Shown here one piece after another: positions 9,863-19,573 of a stretch of DNA of 64,000 bases (positions within the stretch are counted from its first letter, which is position 1; each line of letters begins with the position of its first letter). The DNA is from Pseudomonadota bacterium (GTDB taxonomy: Bacteria; Chloroflexota; UBA5177), in the NCBI GenBank assembly GCA_021324655.1, contig JAJPIP010000062.1:38987-102986 (forward strand), read 5' to 3'. The notes below the pieces were generated by a model. The model was not told where the DNA came from, searched no databases, and saw only the letters and a program-made list of their open reading frames with translations. Position numbers and translations under genes: made by a program.

Positions 9863-10338
9863 GGAGCTTGCACCTCTGAGGCCCTCTTGAGAGCGGCCCA
9901 CACCGGCTCATAGTCGTAGGTATTGAGTTCGTAGCGGTTGCCGTACGGGTCCGTGAAGTAGAACGCCCAGGCCAGCTTGTGGTCTGAGATCTGGTCCGCC
10001 GTCACACGCTCGCCAAAACGATTGCGGAGTCCAAGGTCATCCAGCTGGTCTCGGAAACGCAGGAAGCTCTCGGCATTCACCGTGAAGCAGGTCTGCGCCT
10101 GACCGATCGGCGGGTGATCGCGAAGGGGCTCGCCCTCGAACAAGGACACCTTCACCGTCCCGGAGGGGCTGGCGAGAAAGAGTGGTCCGTTGGGGAGATT
10201 GACCGCCCACTCCCACGCGGGTCCACGCATGATTTCGAGCCCCAGAACTCGCCGGTACCACGTCGCTGCGTCGTAGCGGTCGGGGACGAAGACCTCGATG
10301 TGGTCGATCCGCTCCACGGTAACGCTGGCTGCTGTCAT
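9859..10338 (-). CDS. VOC/glyoxalase family protein
   Basis: IDHIEVFVPD..WYRRVLGL..FYFTDPYGNRYEL. Confidence 0.88.
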   Translation of the reverse strand: MTAASVTVERIDHIEVFVPDRYDAATWYRRVLGLEIMRGPAWEWAVNLPNGPLFLASPSGTVKVSLFEGEPLRDHPPIGQAQTCFTVNAESFLRFRDQLDDLGLRNRFGERVTADQISDHKLAWAFYFTDPYGNRYELNTYDYEPVWAALKRASEVQAP

Positions 10339-10982
10339 GAGTCGCTCCTTTCGTGACTCCAGGCGACGCGCAGGGCGTCGAGAACGTCGGGAATGAGGTC
10401 GGCGAAGCGGTCCGGATCGTCGAGCATGCGTTCCTTGCCCAGCGTTTCCGCCACGATGCCCCGGCCCGTGACCAGCAGCACGTTCATGGCACGCCGCGGC
10501 GGAATGCCGGATGTGATGATCCCAGCCTGTACGAGATCGCCAATCGCACGGGTCCCCATCTCACCGATCTCCCTGGCGGCAGCCAGACTTTCTGGTGAAG
10601 GGGAGAAGCCCGGCACCGCCGCCCCGGTTAGCAGGTCATAGAGGGGAGCGTGCCGCTGCGCGAAGTCCAGGCGCGACCGCAGCCAGGTATCGACCCGCTC
10701 CCAGGTGGGCGCAGTGCCTTCCCACACCTGCCGGTCGTTCTCGGCAAGCAGCCGCGCTGCCTGCCGGAAGAGGGCATCGTAGAGCGCTGCTTTACTGGGA
10801 AAGTACTTGTAGAGGGATTGGACCCGCAGGCTCACTCGACGTGCCACCTCATGCAGGCTCAGTCCCGCCACGCCCTGTTCCCGCATGATCTCAATCGAGA
10901 CCTCCCGGATCGCGTCAAGCATCGCCTCGCGGTTCTGGCGCCGGCGTTCAGGGGGAGTGAGCATACGAACGGGTTGTGCCAT
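10335..10982 (-). CDS. TetR/AcrR family regulator
   Basis: GVAGLSLHEVARRVSLRVQSLYKYFPSKAAL. Confidence 0.9.
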   Translation of the reverse strand: MAQPVRMLTPPERRRQNREAMLDAIREVSIEIMREQGVAGLSLHEVARRVSLRVQSLYKYFPSKAALYDALFRQAARLLAENDRQVWEGTAPTWERVDTWLRSRLDFAQRHAPLYDLLTGAAVPGFSPSPESLAAAREIGEMGTRAIGDLVQAGIITSGIPPRRAMNVLLVTGRGIVAETLGKERMLDDPDRFADLIPDVLDALRVAWSHERSDS

Positions 10983-11028
10983 CGTCCCTCCTTGCTAGCT
11001 CCCGCTATTCCTTCTAGATGATAACGTC

Positions 11029-11057
11029 AGCTTAAGGGAATAATGTCCACCTGTCAA
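11029..11057 (-). promoter_or_regulatory. sigma70-type promoter of left TetR operon
   Basis: TTGACA-17 nt-TAAGCT on minus strand. Confidence 0.7.
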
Positions 11058-11180
11058 GCGGTGGAGGGGAACCTGGTTGATCGACGTTCCCTGTGACCAG
11101 TTCACCAGACCCCCGGTACTGCGGGAAAACCTTCCACGCGGCTGATAAGAGCATCGGTGCGGGACTGGACGGACGAGGAG

Positions 11181-11209
11181 TTGACGGTCCACCCTCCGAC
11201 TGATATGCT
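11181..11209 (+). promoter_or_regulatory. sigma70-type promoter of right TetR operon
   Basis: TTGACG-17 nt-TATGCT. Confidence 0.7.
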
Positions 11210-11252
11210 GCAATCATCAACGAGAGTTATATCTATTAACCCGAGTAATTGA

Positions 11253-11963
11253 ATGGTACGGACCGAGGAAGACGTGACGAAGGACGCGATCAAGAACCGG
11301 CGCATCCTCTCGCCGGCGGAGCGCCGTCAGCGCAACCGGCAGGAGATGATTGACGCGATCCTGGCGACCGCGCGCGACCTGATGCGCGACAACGGTGTGG
11401 CCGCGCTGTCGCTGAGCGAGATTGCGCGCCGGCTCCAGGTCACCACCGCTGCTCTCTACCGGTACTTCCCCAGCAAAGTGGCGCTGTATGACGCGCTGTT
11501 TCGGGCGGCGATGCAGGTCTTCTGGTCGTACATCACGCCGGTATGGGAGGACTACCCACCCGGTTGGCCGCAGGTCGAGGCCTGGATCGAGGCCCGGATG
11601 CGCTTCGCTCAGGAGCAGCCCGAACTCTTCAGCCTGCTGTTCGAGCGTCCGGTTCCCGGTTTCGAGCCGTCGCCTCGGAGCATGGAGGAGAGCGTGGGCC
11701 GGCTGGCTCAGGCACAGCAGGTTTTCGCCCGGCTGGTGGAGGAGGGAGTCATCGAGCCCCCGGTGCCGCCGGACCGCGCCTTCGACCTGTTTATTGCCAT
11801 GACGCACGGGCTGAGCGCCCAGCACATCGCCAATGAGCCGCAGTTACCGATCGGCGAGGGGCGGTACGGCAGCCTGGCGCCCGATACGGCCGCGCTGTTT
11901 CGTGCCGCCTGGACACCGAAAGGACGGGGGGACGCGGGCGCGCCCCGAGGAGGTGAGGCATGA
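11253..11963 (+). CDS. TetR/AcrR family regulator
   Basis: GVAALSLSEIARRLQVTTAALYRYFPSK; start codon uncertain. Confidence 0.9.
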   Translation: MVRTEEDVTKDAIKNRRILSPAERRQRNRQEMIDAILATARDLMRDNGVAALSLSEIARRLQVTTAALYRYFPSKVALYDALFRAAMQVFWSYITPVWEDYPPGWPQVEAWIEARMRFAQEQPELFSLLFERPVPGFEPSPRSMEESVGRLAQAQQVFARLVEEGVIEPPVPPDRAFDLFIAMTHGLSAQHIANEPQLPIGEGRYGSLAPDTAALFRAAWTPKGRGDAGAPRGGEA

Positions 11964-12023
11964 AGTAAATCGCCCTCCCCACCGCATGTTCTGCCGCGAC
12001 TGGTGTTGATGAAAGGACGAGAC

Positions 12024-12464
12024 GTGTCACTCGACGAGAACAAAGCGATCGCCCGCCGTCACTTTGAAGAGCTATGGGGCAAGGGCAACCTCTCGGTCGC
12101 CGACGAGATCTACGATCCGTCGTGTGTGGGCCACTGCGCCAACTTCCCTGATCAGACCGGGTACCCGGAGAGCGAAAAGCAATTGGTGATGCGTGACCGG
12201 GCTCCCGCGCCGGATCAGATCATCACCGTTGAGGATCAGATCGCCGAAGGAGACAAAGTGCTGACGCGCTGGCTCTGTCGCGGCACGCACACGGATTCCG
12301 TTCCGGGCATTCCCGCCACAGGAAATCTCATTACCCTCCACGGGATGCACCTCCATCGCATCCGGAACGGCAAGATCGTGGAGGTCTGGGCGATCGATGA
12401 TCTGTTTGGTCTCATGCAGTCCCTTGGCGTGGTTCCGGCCGAATCCGGAAGTGCCACCGCGTAG
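12024..12464 (+). CDS. SnoaL-like ester cyclase
   Basis: ENKAIARRHFEELW..EDQIAEGDKV..GTH..GKIVEVW; GTG start after AAAGGA. Confidence 0.85.
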   Translation: MSLDENKAIARRHFEELWGKGNLSVADEIYDPSCVGHCANFPDQTGYPESEKQLVMRDRAPAPDQIITVEDQIAEGDKVLTRWLCRGTHTDSVPGIPATGNLITLHGMHLHRIRNGKIVEVWAIDDLFGLMQSLGVVPAESGSATA

Positions 12465-12518
12465 GGGCGAGCCGCCACGGCCCCTCGGTCATCTTTCCCA
12501 CATCGCGATGCGAAAGGA

Positions 12519-12809
12519 ATGGCAATGGTCACTCTGCACATCGAACATCCCACGCACGACTTCGACACCTGGAAACGCGCCTTTGACAGTGATCCCGCCG
12601 GCCGGCAGCGGTCAGGCGTGCGGCACTACTGGGTCTCACGCGCCGTCGACGACCCGAACTACGTGATGATCGATCTCACATTCGACACGCGGGACCAGGC
12701 GGAGGGGCTCCTCCGCACCATGGAGGGCATCTGGGGACGTCCCGATCACGGCCTGACGCGCCATCAGCAGGCGCGCATCGTCGAGGTGGTCGAGCGCGTG
12801 GAGCTGTGA
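12519..12809 (+). CDS. small ABM-like hypothetical protein
   Basis: LHIEHPTHDFDTWKRAFDSDPAGR..DDPNYVMIDL; AAAGGA RBS. Confidence 0.75.
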   Translation: MAMVTLHIEHPTHDFDTWKRAFDSDPAGRQRSGVRHYWVSRAVDDPNYVMIDLTFDTRDQAEGLLRTMEGIWGRPDHGLTRHQQARIVEVVERVEL

Positions 12810-12863
12810 TCGTCCGGGCGGGAAAAGGGGCCGTTGGGCGACGCCGGGAACGGCACCAGCGTG

Positions 12864-13385
12864 TCACGGACCGAGGCCGGCTCCTTCGTTCTGTCCCCGC
12901 GGCCGCTCTTGCAACGGCGGCCCGACCACGTGCGCGTCCCACCTCTCGTTGACCTCACGCCAGCGGACTGCGTCGTCCATGGGGGAGGCGAGATCCTTCG
13001 ATGCATCGAAAAAACCCTCGAACCCGCCAGGCAGGACCATGATGAGCAGGCGTCCCGGTGCGTCGGCGGCGTTGCGGAAGGCGTGGACGGTGCCGGGCGG
13101 AATGACCACGGTGCTCCCGGCGGGGGCGAGGTGCACCTCCTCGCCCAGCACAAACTCGTAGGTCCCCTCCAGGACGTAGAACAGTTCCGTGTAGCGCTCG
13201 TGGTAGTGGCGGGCGGGGCCGGTCGCGCGCGGCTCATGCCGGCTTTCGTACAGCGTGATCGCCCCTCCCGTCTGGTGTCCTTCCGCCTTCATCGTCAACC
13301 GCCCACCCGCGCTGGGCACGGCAATGACTCTCCCCTCTCCGTGTGCCAGAACGTACGCACGATGTTCATTGTCCACCGTTGCCAC
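12864..13385 (-). CDS. cupin domain protein
   Basis: GPARHYHE..ELFYVLEG..IPPGTVHAFRN; GTG after AAGGAG. Confidence 0.85.
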   Translation of the reverse strand: MATVDNEHRAYVLAHGEGRVIAVPSAGGRLTMKAEGHQTGGAITLYESRHEPRATGPARHYHERYTELFYVLEGTYEFVLGEEVHLAPAGSTVVIPPGTVHAFRNAADAPGRLLIMVLPGGFEGFFDASKDLASPMDDAVRWREVNERWDAHVVGPPLQERPRGQNEGAGLGP

Positions 13386-13573
13386 GCTGTTGACTCCTTT
13401 CGGCGTCTCTCGTCTGTCCCGTCGGATCCATACCGCCCGCTCCCACTCTACACGGGCCATCGTCCCTAGCGCCCTGCGCAAACGTAGCCGTACCGCCGCT
13501 CGTCACCCCTCAAATATCGGACCCGTCGACGCGACGGCATGATTCCTTCAAGGGACAGTAGCGGGGAGCGGGC

Positions 13574-13921
13574 TTACCGGGTGCGGTGAGCTTCCGCCGC
13601 ATACGTCGCTTTAAAGGTGCGGTACGCTGTCATGAGCTGGCGGCGGTGGTGCCGGGCCTCTTTCCAGAGGCGCTCCCCGTGCGGCAATGGCGCGTAGTAC
13701 AGCGCATCGGCGGCGACCAGCCGGTTCCACAGATCCTCCTCACGGTGCTGCAGATGGGAGGGCCAGCTCGCGCGGATGGCGGCCGGGACGCGGGAGGCCG
13801 TAATCCGGAACACGTGATCGGTGCCGTAGCGCGGATGAATGAGCCCCACGACCTCACACTCGCGGTTCCGGCGGCGGCGCATTCGCACCCCACTAAAGGG
13901 CGTCGCGCTGTCGGCGGTCAT
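13574..13921 (-). CDS. hypothetical protein
   Basis: 115-aa ORF with GGAGGA RBS; no recognisable motif. Confidence 0.5.
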   Translation of the reverse strand: MTADSATPFSGVRMRRRRNRECEVVGLIHPRYGTDHVFRITASRVPAAIRASWPSHLQHREEDLWNRLVAADALYYAPLPHGERLWKEARHHRRQLMTAYRTFKATYAAEAHRTR

Positions 13922-14015
13922 GATTCCTCCCCCCGCGCCGGTCGCCCGCCGAACGACGCGCACCTCACCTCGCGCGCCACATCTCGCGGCCGGCGCCATC
14001 TCCACAGGAGCATGC

Positions 14016-14132
14016 CTACCCCTCGGTCAAGGCCAGCAGAACCCCAAAGACAAGCAGAGCCGTCGCGAAGACGATCAGGATGAGCGCGACGAGAAACTCG
14101 CGCTCCAGCTTGTCAAACCACCGGTCGATCAC
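14016..14132 (-). CDS. 38-aa single-pass membrane microprotein
   Basis: GTG-IDRWFDKLEREFLVALILIVFATALLVFGVLLALTEG-TAG with GGGGAAGG upstream; not in ORF track. Confidence 0.55.
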   Translation of the reverse strand: MIDRWFDKLEREFLVALILIVFATALLVFGVLLALTEG

Positions 14133-14385
14133 TGTGACCTTCCCCCAGGTGCACTGTGGCACACAGGCCGACCCGCCTGTCTACAGGACTTTTGGGCTGT
14201 TCGCGGCTCGCGCCGGCACCATACCTGTCCCATCGCCATCGGGACCCGGCACGCCCAGGCGCTTATGACGCGGTCGATCAGCCCTGGGGAATCGGGCAAG
14301 CCCATGGGAAGGATCCCTCGGTTCGATCCTGGTACCATGGCGGGCTTTCTTCATGCGATGTCTCGCACGAGACGGGAGGAGTTGG

Positions 14386-15207
14386 ATGACACGACAGGAC
14401 GACAGTATCGATCTCGCCGACATCACCGAGGAATCCCGTGCCATCTGGAACGCCAACGCCGCGCACTGGGATGACTATATGGGGCCGGAAGGCAACGACT
14501 TCCATCGCCTCCTGGTGGCGCCTGCGGCGGAGCGCCTGCTCGCACTTTCGCCGGGGGAGACGGTGCTGGAGATCGCGTGTGGCGCGGGTCTCTTCGCCCG
14601 CCGCATGGCCGAGCTGGATGCCTTTGTGGTGGCGACCGACTTCAGCGCGGTGTTCCTGGAGCGCGCTCGCCTCCGATGCCGCGAGTTCGCCGACCGGATC
14701 GAGTTCCGTCTGCTCGATGCGACCGACGTCGAGGCGCTCCGCGCGCTGGGCCGGCATCGCTTCGATGCAGTGGTCACCAACATGGCCCTCATGGACATTG
14801 CTGATCTCCAGCCGATGGCATCGGCCCTCCCGTCCCTTCTCCGGGAAGGTGGCCGGTTTGTCTTCACGACCTGCCATCCGTGCTTCAACCACGCCGGCAA
14901 GACGATGCTCGTCGAGGAGGCGGACACGGGGGACGGCCCAACCGTCACCTCGTCGGTGCGGATCAGCCGCTACCTCAGCCTGTCCATGGACCGCGGCACC
15001 GGCATCCCCGGCCAGCAGGCGGCTCAGTACTATTTCGATCGGCCACTGCACCGGCTCCTGGCCCCGTTTCTCGACGCCGGTCTGGCGCTCAACGGCCTGG
15101 AGGAGCCCGCCTTCGACGTATCGGTGCCCAGCCGCCTGCAGACGCGCTGGGGCGGAAGCTTCCACGAGATCCCGCCCGTCCTCGCCGCCCGGATGTGTCT
15201 CTGCTAG
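14386..15207 (+). CDS. class I SAM-dependent methyltransferase
   Basis: VLEIACGAG, FDAVVTNMALMD, HPCF; GGAGGAG RBS. Confidence 0.88.
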   Translation: MTRQDDSIDLADITEESRAIWNANAAHWDDYMGPEGNDFHRLLVAPAAERLLALSPGETVLEIACGAGLFARRMAELDAFVVATDFSAVFLERARLRCREFADRIEFRLLDATDVEALRALGRHRFDAVVTNMALMDIADLQPMASALPSLLREGGRFVFTTCHPCFNHAGKTMLVEEADTGDGPTVTSSVRISRYLSLSMDRGTGIPGQQAAQYYFDRPLHRLLAPFLDAGLALNGLEEPAFDVSVPSRLQTRWGGSFHEIPPVLAARMCLC

Positions 15208-15332
15208 CGCTCTCCTTCTGAGACGAGAGCAGTCAGGCACGTTCGCCACGGACGCCCCCGGCGTGCCGCGGTCGACGAGGGCAGGCAGCCCTCGTCGACA
15301 CGAACCCGATGACGGAGGCGCCGGACAGCCCG

Positions 15333-16157
15333 TCAGGCCGTCACATCGCGGACCCGCACGGCGATCAGCATGGCGGCGATGAGGACGGCGCTATAGAGGG
15401 CGATGGCGATGAGTGAGTTCCCGACACTCGGCGTGCCGGGATCGACCCGCGCCAGGGTGGTGCCCGGAATGAGCTGCGGCCCCACTACCCGGGTGATCAC
15501 GTTTTCGGTGTAAACGAAGGGGAAGTGGAGGGCGATGGTGTTCCAGATGCCGCCGAGCGTGACAAAGATGCGGGTGAGCACGACTTCGGCCAGCGTCGAG
15601 CCGATCCCGAAGCCGATGCCGACGGCGGCCGACCGCGTGATGATGGCCACGGAGTAGGCAAGCAGCAGATAGAACGAGGAGACGATCCACGACGTCAGCG
15701 TGCCCTTGACGAAAGTCTCGACAAAGGTGCTGCCGAAGATCCCGGTGGTCCAGGCAGCGTTGCCCGACGCGAGCGAGACGGCAAGGGCAAGCACGGTGGC
15801 GATAGCCACGATGGCGACAACTCCAATCAACACGCCCAGGGCCAGCACGATAAGGGCGGCGATGACGTGGGTGATCCGCTCAGGGCGGCGCGTCAGGATG
15901 GCGCGGATCGTCCCCCAACCGTACTCATTCCCGGCCCAGCTTCCCCCCAGCACCGGCCAGAAGAACGGCGCGAAAAAGGCGGAGAAGGCGAGAGCCGCCA
16001 GCCATCCACGCGGCAGAAAAAGATTGGCGCGTCCCACGTTGCGGGTGGCGTAGCCCCAGAAAGCGAGAACGGTCAGGCCAAGCAAGAGGATGAGGATGGT
16101 GCGCGGCATCCATCGCCGCGAGAACTTGAGCCACTCGAAGGAGAGAGTATCGATCAT
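15333..16157 (-). CDS. ABC-2 type transporter permease
   Basis: EWLK, GNEYGWGTIR..LTRRP, about 6 TM segments; coupled to ATPase gene. Confidence 0.85.
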   Translation of the reverse strand: MIDTLSFEWLKFSRRWMPRTILILLLGLTVLAFWGYATRNVGRANLFLPRGWLAALAFSAFFAPFFWPVLGGSWAGNEYGWGTIRAILTRRPERITHVIAALIVLALGVLIGVVAIVAIATVLALAVSLASGNAAWTTGIFGSTFVETFVKGTLTSWIVSSFYLLLAYSVAIITRSAAVGIGFGIGSTLAEVVLTRIFVTLGGIWNTIALHFPFVYTENVITRVVGPQLIPGTTLARVDPGTPSVGNSLIAIALYSAVLIAAMLIAVRVRDVTA

Positions 16158-17131
16158 GCCGCGTCTCCCGTGACGTCGAGGAAGTACTGTTCGAGCGATT
16201 GCTCGCGGGGCTGCAGGCGGGAGAGATAGAGGCCGTGCTCGGCGAGCACACGGGTGATCTCGGCGGCGCGCGAGGCGGGGGCGCGGACGGCCAACCCGTT
16301 CTCTCCCTCCTCGACTCCCTCCACCCAGGGGAGGGTGCGAAGCAGGCGCAGCGCCTCGGCTGCCGGCTCGACCTGGAGCTCCAGCACCTCTCCCGCCAGC
16401 AGGTCGGCAACGCGCCCCTGCACCACGATGCGTCCCCGGCTCATGATGGCGATCCGATCACAGATCTGTTCGATCTCGTGGAGCACATGGCTGGAAATGA
16501 GGACGGTATGCCCATAGGTCTTGAGCCGGCGCACCAGATCGCGCATCTCGACGATGCCGGCGGGATCAAGCCCGTTCGCCGGCTCGTCGAGGATGAGCAG
16601 ATCGGGAGAGCCGAGCAGGGCAGCACCAACGGCCAGGCGCTGCTTCATGCCGAGGGAATAGGTGCTGAACCGGCGGCCGGCGGCCGCTGTGAGGTCCACG
16701 AGATCGAGGACGGGAGCGATACGCGCCTCATCCAGACCGGAGAGGCGGGCGAAAGCACGCAGGTTGTCGCGCCCCGACAGGTAGGGATAGAAGGTTGGGT
16801 TCTCGATGACGGATCCCGTGCGCCGCAGAATCTCCGGCAGCTGGGTGGTGATATCCATGCCCAGGACACGCGCCGATCCTCCCGTCGGCTTTACCAGCCC
16901 GAGGAGCATGCGCATCGTCGTCGTCTTGCCGGCGCCGTTCGGGCCGAGGAAGCCGAAGATCTCCCCCCGCTCGACGCGCAGATCCAGTCGGTTCACCGCC
17001 ACCAGCGATTCGTATCGCTTGGTCAACTCCACCGTCTCGATCGCAAACTCATTCGCCCGGTACCGCTCCTCATTGACCGGTTCAATCACGGCTTCCAGCC
17101 GCGCCGCCAGCACATCATGGTCGATCGCCAT
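16154..17131 (-). CDS. ABC transporter ATP-binding protein (BcrA-like)
   Basis: GPNGAGKT, YSLGMKQRL, LILDEPANGLDP, SSH. Confidence 0.93.
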   Translation of the reverse strand: MAIDHDVLAARLEAVIEPVNEERYRANEFAIETVELTKRYESLVAVNRLDLRVERGEIFGFLGPNGAGKTTTMRMLLGLVKPTGGSARVLGMDITTQLPEILRRTGSVIENPTFYPYLSGRDNLRAFARLSGLDEARIAPVLDLVDLTAAAGRRFSTYSLGMKQRLAVGAALLGSPDLLILDEPANGLDPAGIVEMRDLVRRLKTYGHTVLISSHVLHEIEQICDRIAIMSRGRIVVQGRVADLLAGEVLELQVEPAAEALRLLRTLPWVEGVEEGENGLAVRAPASRAAEITRVLAEHGLYLSRLQPREQSLEQYFLDVTGDAA

Positions 17132-17219
17132 TGCCCCTCCTTACGTGGCGCTCATAGGCGCTTAACCTACAAGCACCGTCGGACGCGCCGAATGTGACAC
17201 CAGATGACGGCCGGCCGCC

Positions 17220-17822
17220 TCAGTGGCGGACGCGGTAGCGGATGTGGGTAGCCTCCGGCGTGTCGATCACCCGAACGACCTCCAGCTCGATGCGCGACGG
17301 CAGAGCTTCGAACAGCCGCCGGCCGGCGCCGAGCAGTACCGGGATCTGGTGGATCTGCAGCTCGTCCAGCACCCCCGCGGCGAGCGCGCTTTGTGCCGTG
17401 AAGGCGCCGTGCACCAGCACGTTCCGGTCCCCCGCCGCGGCCTTGGCCTGGACCATGGCGCTCTCGATACCGTCCATCACGTACGTCACCAACGGATAGT
17501 TGGCAACCGAGGGCCCCGGCGGGCGATGACTGGGCACGAAGATCGGGACACCGTGATGATCACCGCCCCAGTGGTCGACCTGCTCGACGGTCCGCCGCCC
17601 CGCGACGACCGCTCCCGTCGCATTGACCTCGTCCAGAAAGTGTTGATCGAACCCTGACTTCTCGTCGGACGTCAGGTCCGACGCGTTCGGTCCGCCGGCG
17701 CCGAATCCGTACCACTCATGCAGCCGCATGAAGCCGTCGCCACCCGGATTCTCCGGAGCATCGTTCGGCCCCGCGATGTATCCGTCGAGGGACATCGACA
17801 TGTAGAGCACTGATGCAGACAT
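17220..17822 (-). CDS. dihydrofolate reductase family (RibD C-terminal-like) protein
   Basis: MSLDGYIAGPND..GRRT..LDELQIHQIPVLLGAGRRLF. Confidence 0.88.
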   Translation of the reverse strand: MSASVLYMSMSLDGYIAGPNDAPENPGGDGFMRLHEWYGFGAGGPNASDLTSDEKSGFDQHFLDEVNATGAVVAGRRTVEQVDHWGGDHHGVPIFVPSHRPPGPSVANYPLVTYVMDGIESAMVQAKAAAGDRNVLVHGAFTAQSALAAGVLDELQIHQIPVLLGAGRRLFEALPSRIELEVVRVIDTPEATHIRYRVRH

Positions 17823-17865
17823 GTCGCCCCCTTATGGGCTCCAAGGGAACGCCGGGCATCCTGTC

Positions 17866-18318
17866 TCATCCGCTGCCGGCATCGATGTCCTCCCGGGACG
17901 TCTGGTCGGGGAGCAGCCCGAGTTGTCGCATGACACCCAGCATGTCCAGCACTCCCCACCGTTCGGCGATCTGTCCGTTCACCACACGAAAGACAGTCAT
18001 GCCGTCGAGGACAATACTCTTGCCTGTCGGCGGCACCCCCATGAAGGGTCCGTCCTGTGTCCCTTCGAATCCACGGAGGGTGACCACCCGGTCTCCCTCG
18101 CCGATAAGATCGGTATCGATGACATGGAGGTCGGGAAATGCAGCGTGCAGATGGCGAAAGGCCTGCCTGAAGCCGTCCCGATCGGGAGTTGCTCCGGGCA
18201 GGGGATTGTGATTGATGAAGCCGGGTGCAACGATCTCGTCGATCACATCCAGGTTGCCGGCGTTGACAACTTCGTCCATCAGGCGCCTGATAAGAGCCTT
18301 GTTCGTTGCAATGGACAT
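17866..18318 (-). CDS. SnoaL-like ester cyclase
   Basis: NKALIRR..AFPDLH..EGDRVV..FMGVPPTGK. Confidence 0.88.
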   Translation of the reverse strand: MSIATNKALIRRLMDEVVNAGNLDVIDEIVAPGFINHNPLPGATPDRDGFRQAFRHLHAAFPDLHVIDTDLIGEGDRVVTLRGFEGTQDGPFMGVPPTGKSIVLDGMTVFRVVNGQIAERWGVLDMLGVMRQLGLLPDQTSREDIDAGSG

Positions 18319-18429
18319 AAGGGGCTACCTCATTATCCCCCCTAACAGACTTGACACAGCCGGGGACCAGGGACACGCTGTTTCTACCACGTGATCGGCT
18401 GGTAGTCAATAAGGACGAGTCCTGGCGCC

Positions 18430-18740
18430 CGGCAGGAGCAGGCGCGCCAGACCCGTCGGCGTCTCCTCGGCGCCGCCTACCGACTCTTCAGCGGGAAGGG
18501 ACGCACCGACTCCAGTATTCCCGCGATCGTCCGGGAGATAGGCGTCGCAGGGCCGACCGTGTGCGGGACGTTCGGCTCCTTTGCGGGACATGCTCGACGA
18601 GCCCGATCCGGTCCGTCAACGGGAGTTCCTCGCTGCGATCAGTCGGCGGGCCGGCGAGGGAGCGGTCGGATCGCCCAAGATCCTACACGGCGCGGCTGTC
18701 TTGGAACCCGAGATTACCGCCCTCTACCGTCAGAGGCATG
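18430..18740 (+). pseudogene. decayed TetR-family regulator
   Basis: RQEQARQTRRRLLGAAYRLFSGKG (TetR helix 1) from 18430, then EPDPVRQREFLAAISRRA..ILHGAAVLEPEITALYRQ (C-domain-like) in another frame; HTH core missing. Confidence 0.6.
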
Positions 18741-18854
18741 CGGGACTTGGTTGCGAGGCTCGCCTCCGCTTGCACCGTCGGCTGGGGCTATCCTATGGGC
18801 TAGAGCTACGGAGAGCGAGTAACCGGGCCGGCCTCGCAGAGGAGGAAGTCGCCG

Positions 18855-19295
18855 ATGAAAGACACGCAGAAGTCCGCGAACAGCACCACCGACCGGGCGT
18901 CCAGGGGCTTCACGTCCGAGGAGCGCGCCGCCATGAGGGAGCGCGCCAAAGAGCAGAAGGCGGCCGCCGGGGAAAGCGAGGTGCTGGCGAAGATCGCCGA
19001 GATGCCGGAAGCGGATCGCGTCCTCGGTGAGCGCCTCCATGCTCTCATCAAGGCCACCGCGCCGGATCTCACGCCGCGCACCTGGTATGGGATGCCTGCC
19101 TATGCCAAGGACGGCAACATCGTCTGCTTCTTCCAGTGTGCCGACAAGTTCAAGACGCGGTACGCGACCCTCGGCTTCAGCGACAAGGCGAACCTGGATG
19201 ACGGCACCATGTGGCCGACCACCTACGCCCTGACGGAGTTGACCGCGGCAGACGAGGCTCGGATCACCGAGCTTATAAAGAAAGCGGTGAGCTGA
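18855..19295 (+). CDS. DUF1801/YdhG-like protein
   Basis: [37 protein letters not shown]; GGAGGA RBS. Confidence 0.85.
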   Translation: MKDTQKSANSTTDRASRGFTSEERAAMRERAKEQKAAAGESEVLAKIAEMPEADRVLGERLHALIKATAPDLTPRTWYGMPAYAKDGNIVCFFQCADKFKTRYATLGFSDKANLDDGTMWPTTYALTELTAADEARITELIKKAVS

Positions 19296-19321
19296 GGGCT
19301 CAGTTCACTACCCGCCCCCGT

Positions 19322-19387
19322 CTGCTCGTCGGCCATCTTGAGGAAGAGCAGGAAGGTGAGCTGCTCGATGTAGTCCTGGTAGGAGAG
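19322..19387 (-). pseudogene. hsdM: fragment of type I R-M methyltransferase HsdM N-terminus
   Basis: 22 codons LSYQDYIEQLTFLLFLKMADEQ, matching the HsdM N-terminal signature; flanks do not continue the protein. Confidence 0.7.
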
Positions 19388-19573
19388 GTGTGCGGGCCCC
19401 GAGCCGGCAACGAGGATGCCGCAACCCGCCATCGTGTCGGCACGGATGCTCTGCGGGCCGGCCGCCACACGCGATCGCTGGTTGGCCCCTACGGGACGCG
19501 CGAAATACGGGCAGGCCGGGCCCTCGGATAGCCTGGGACAGATTTTGCCCATCCAGCCCGCAGGAGCCCGGAG

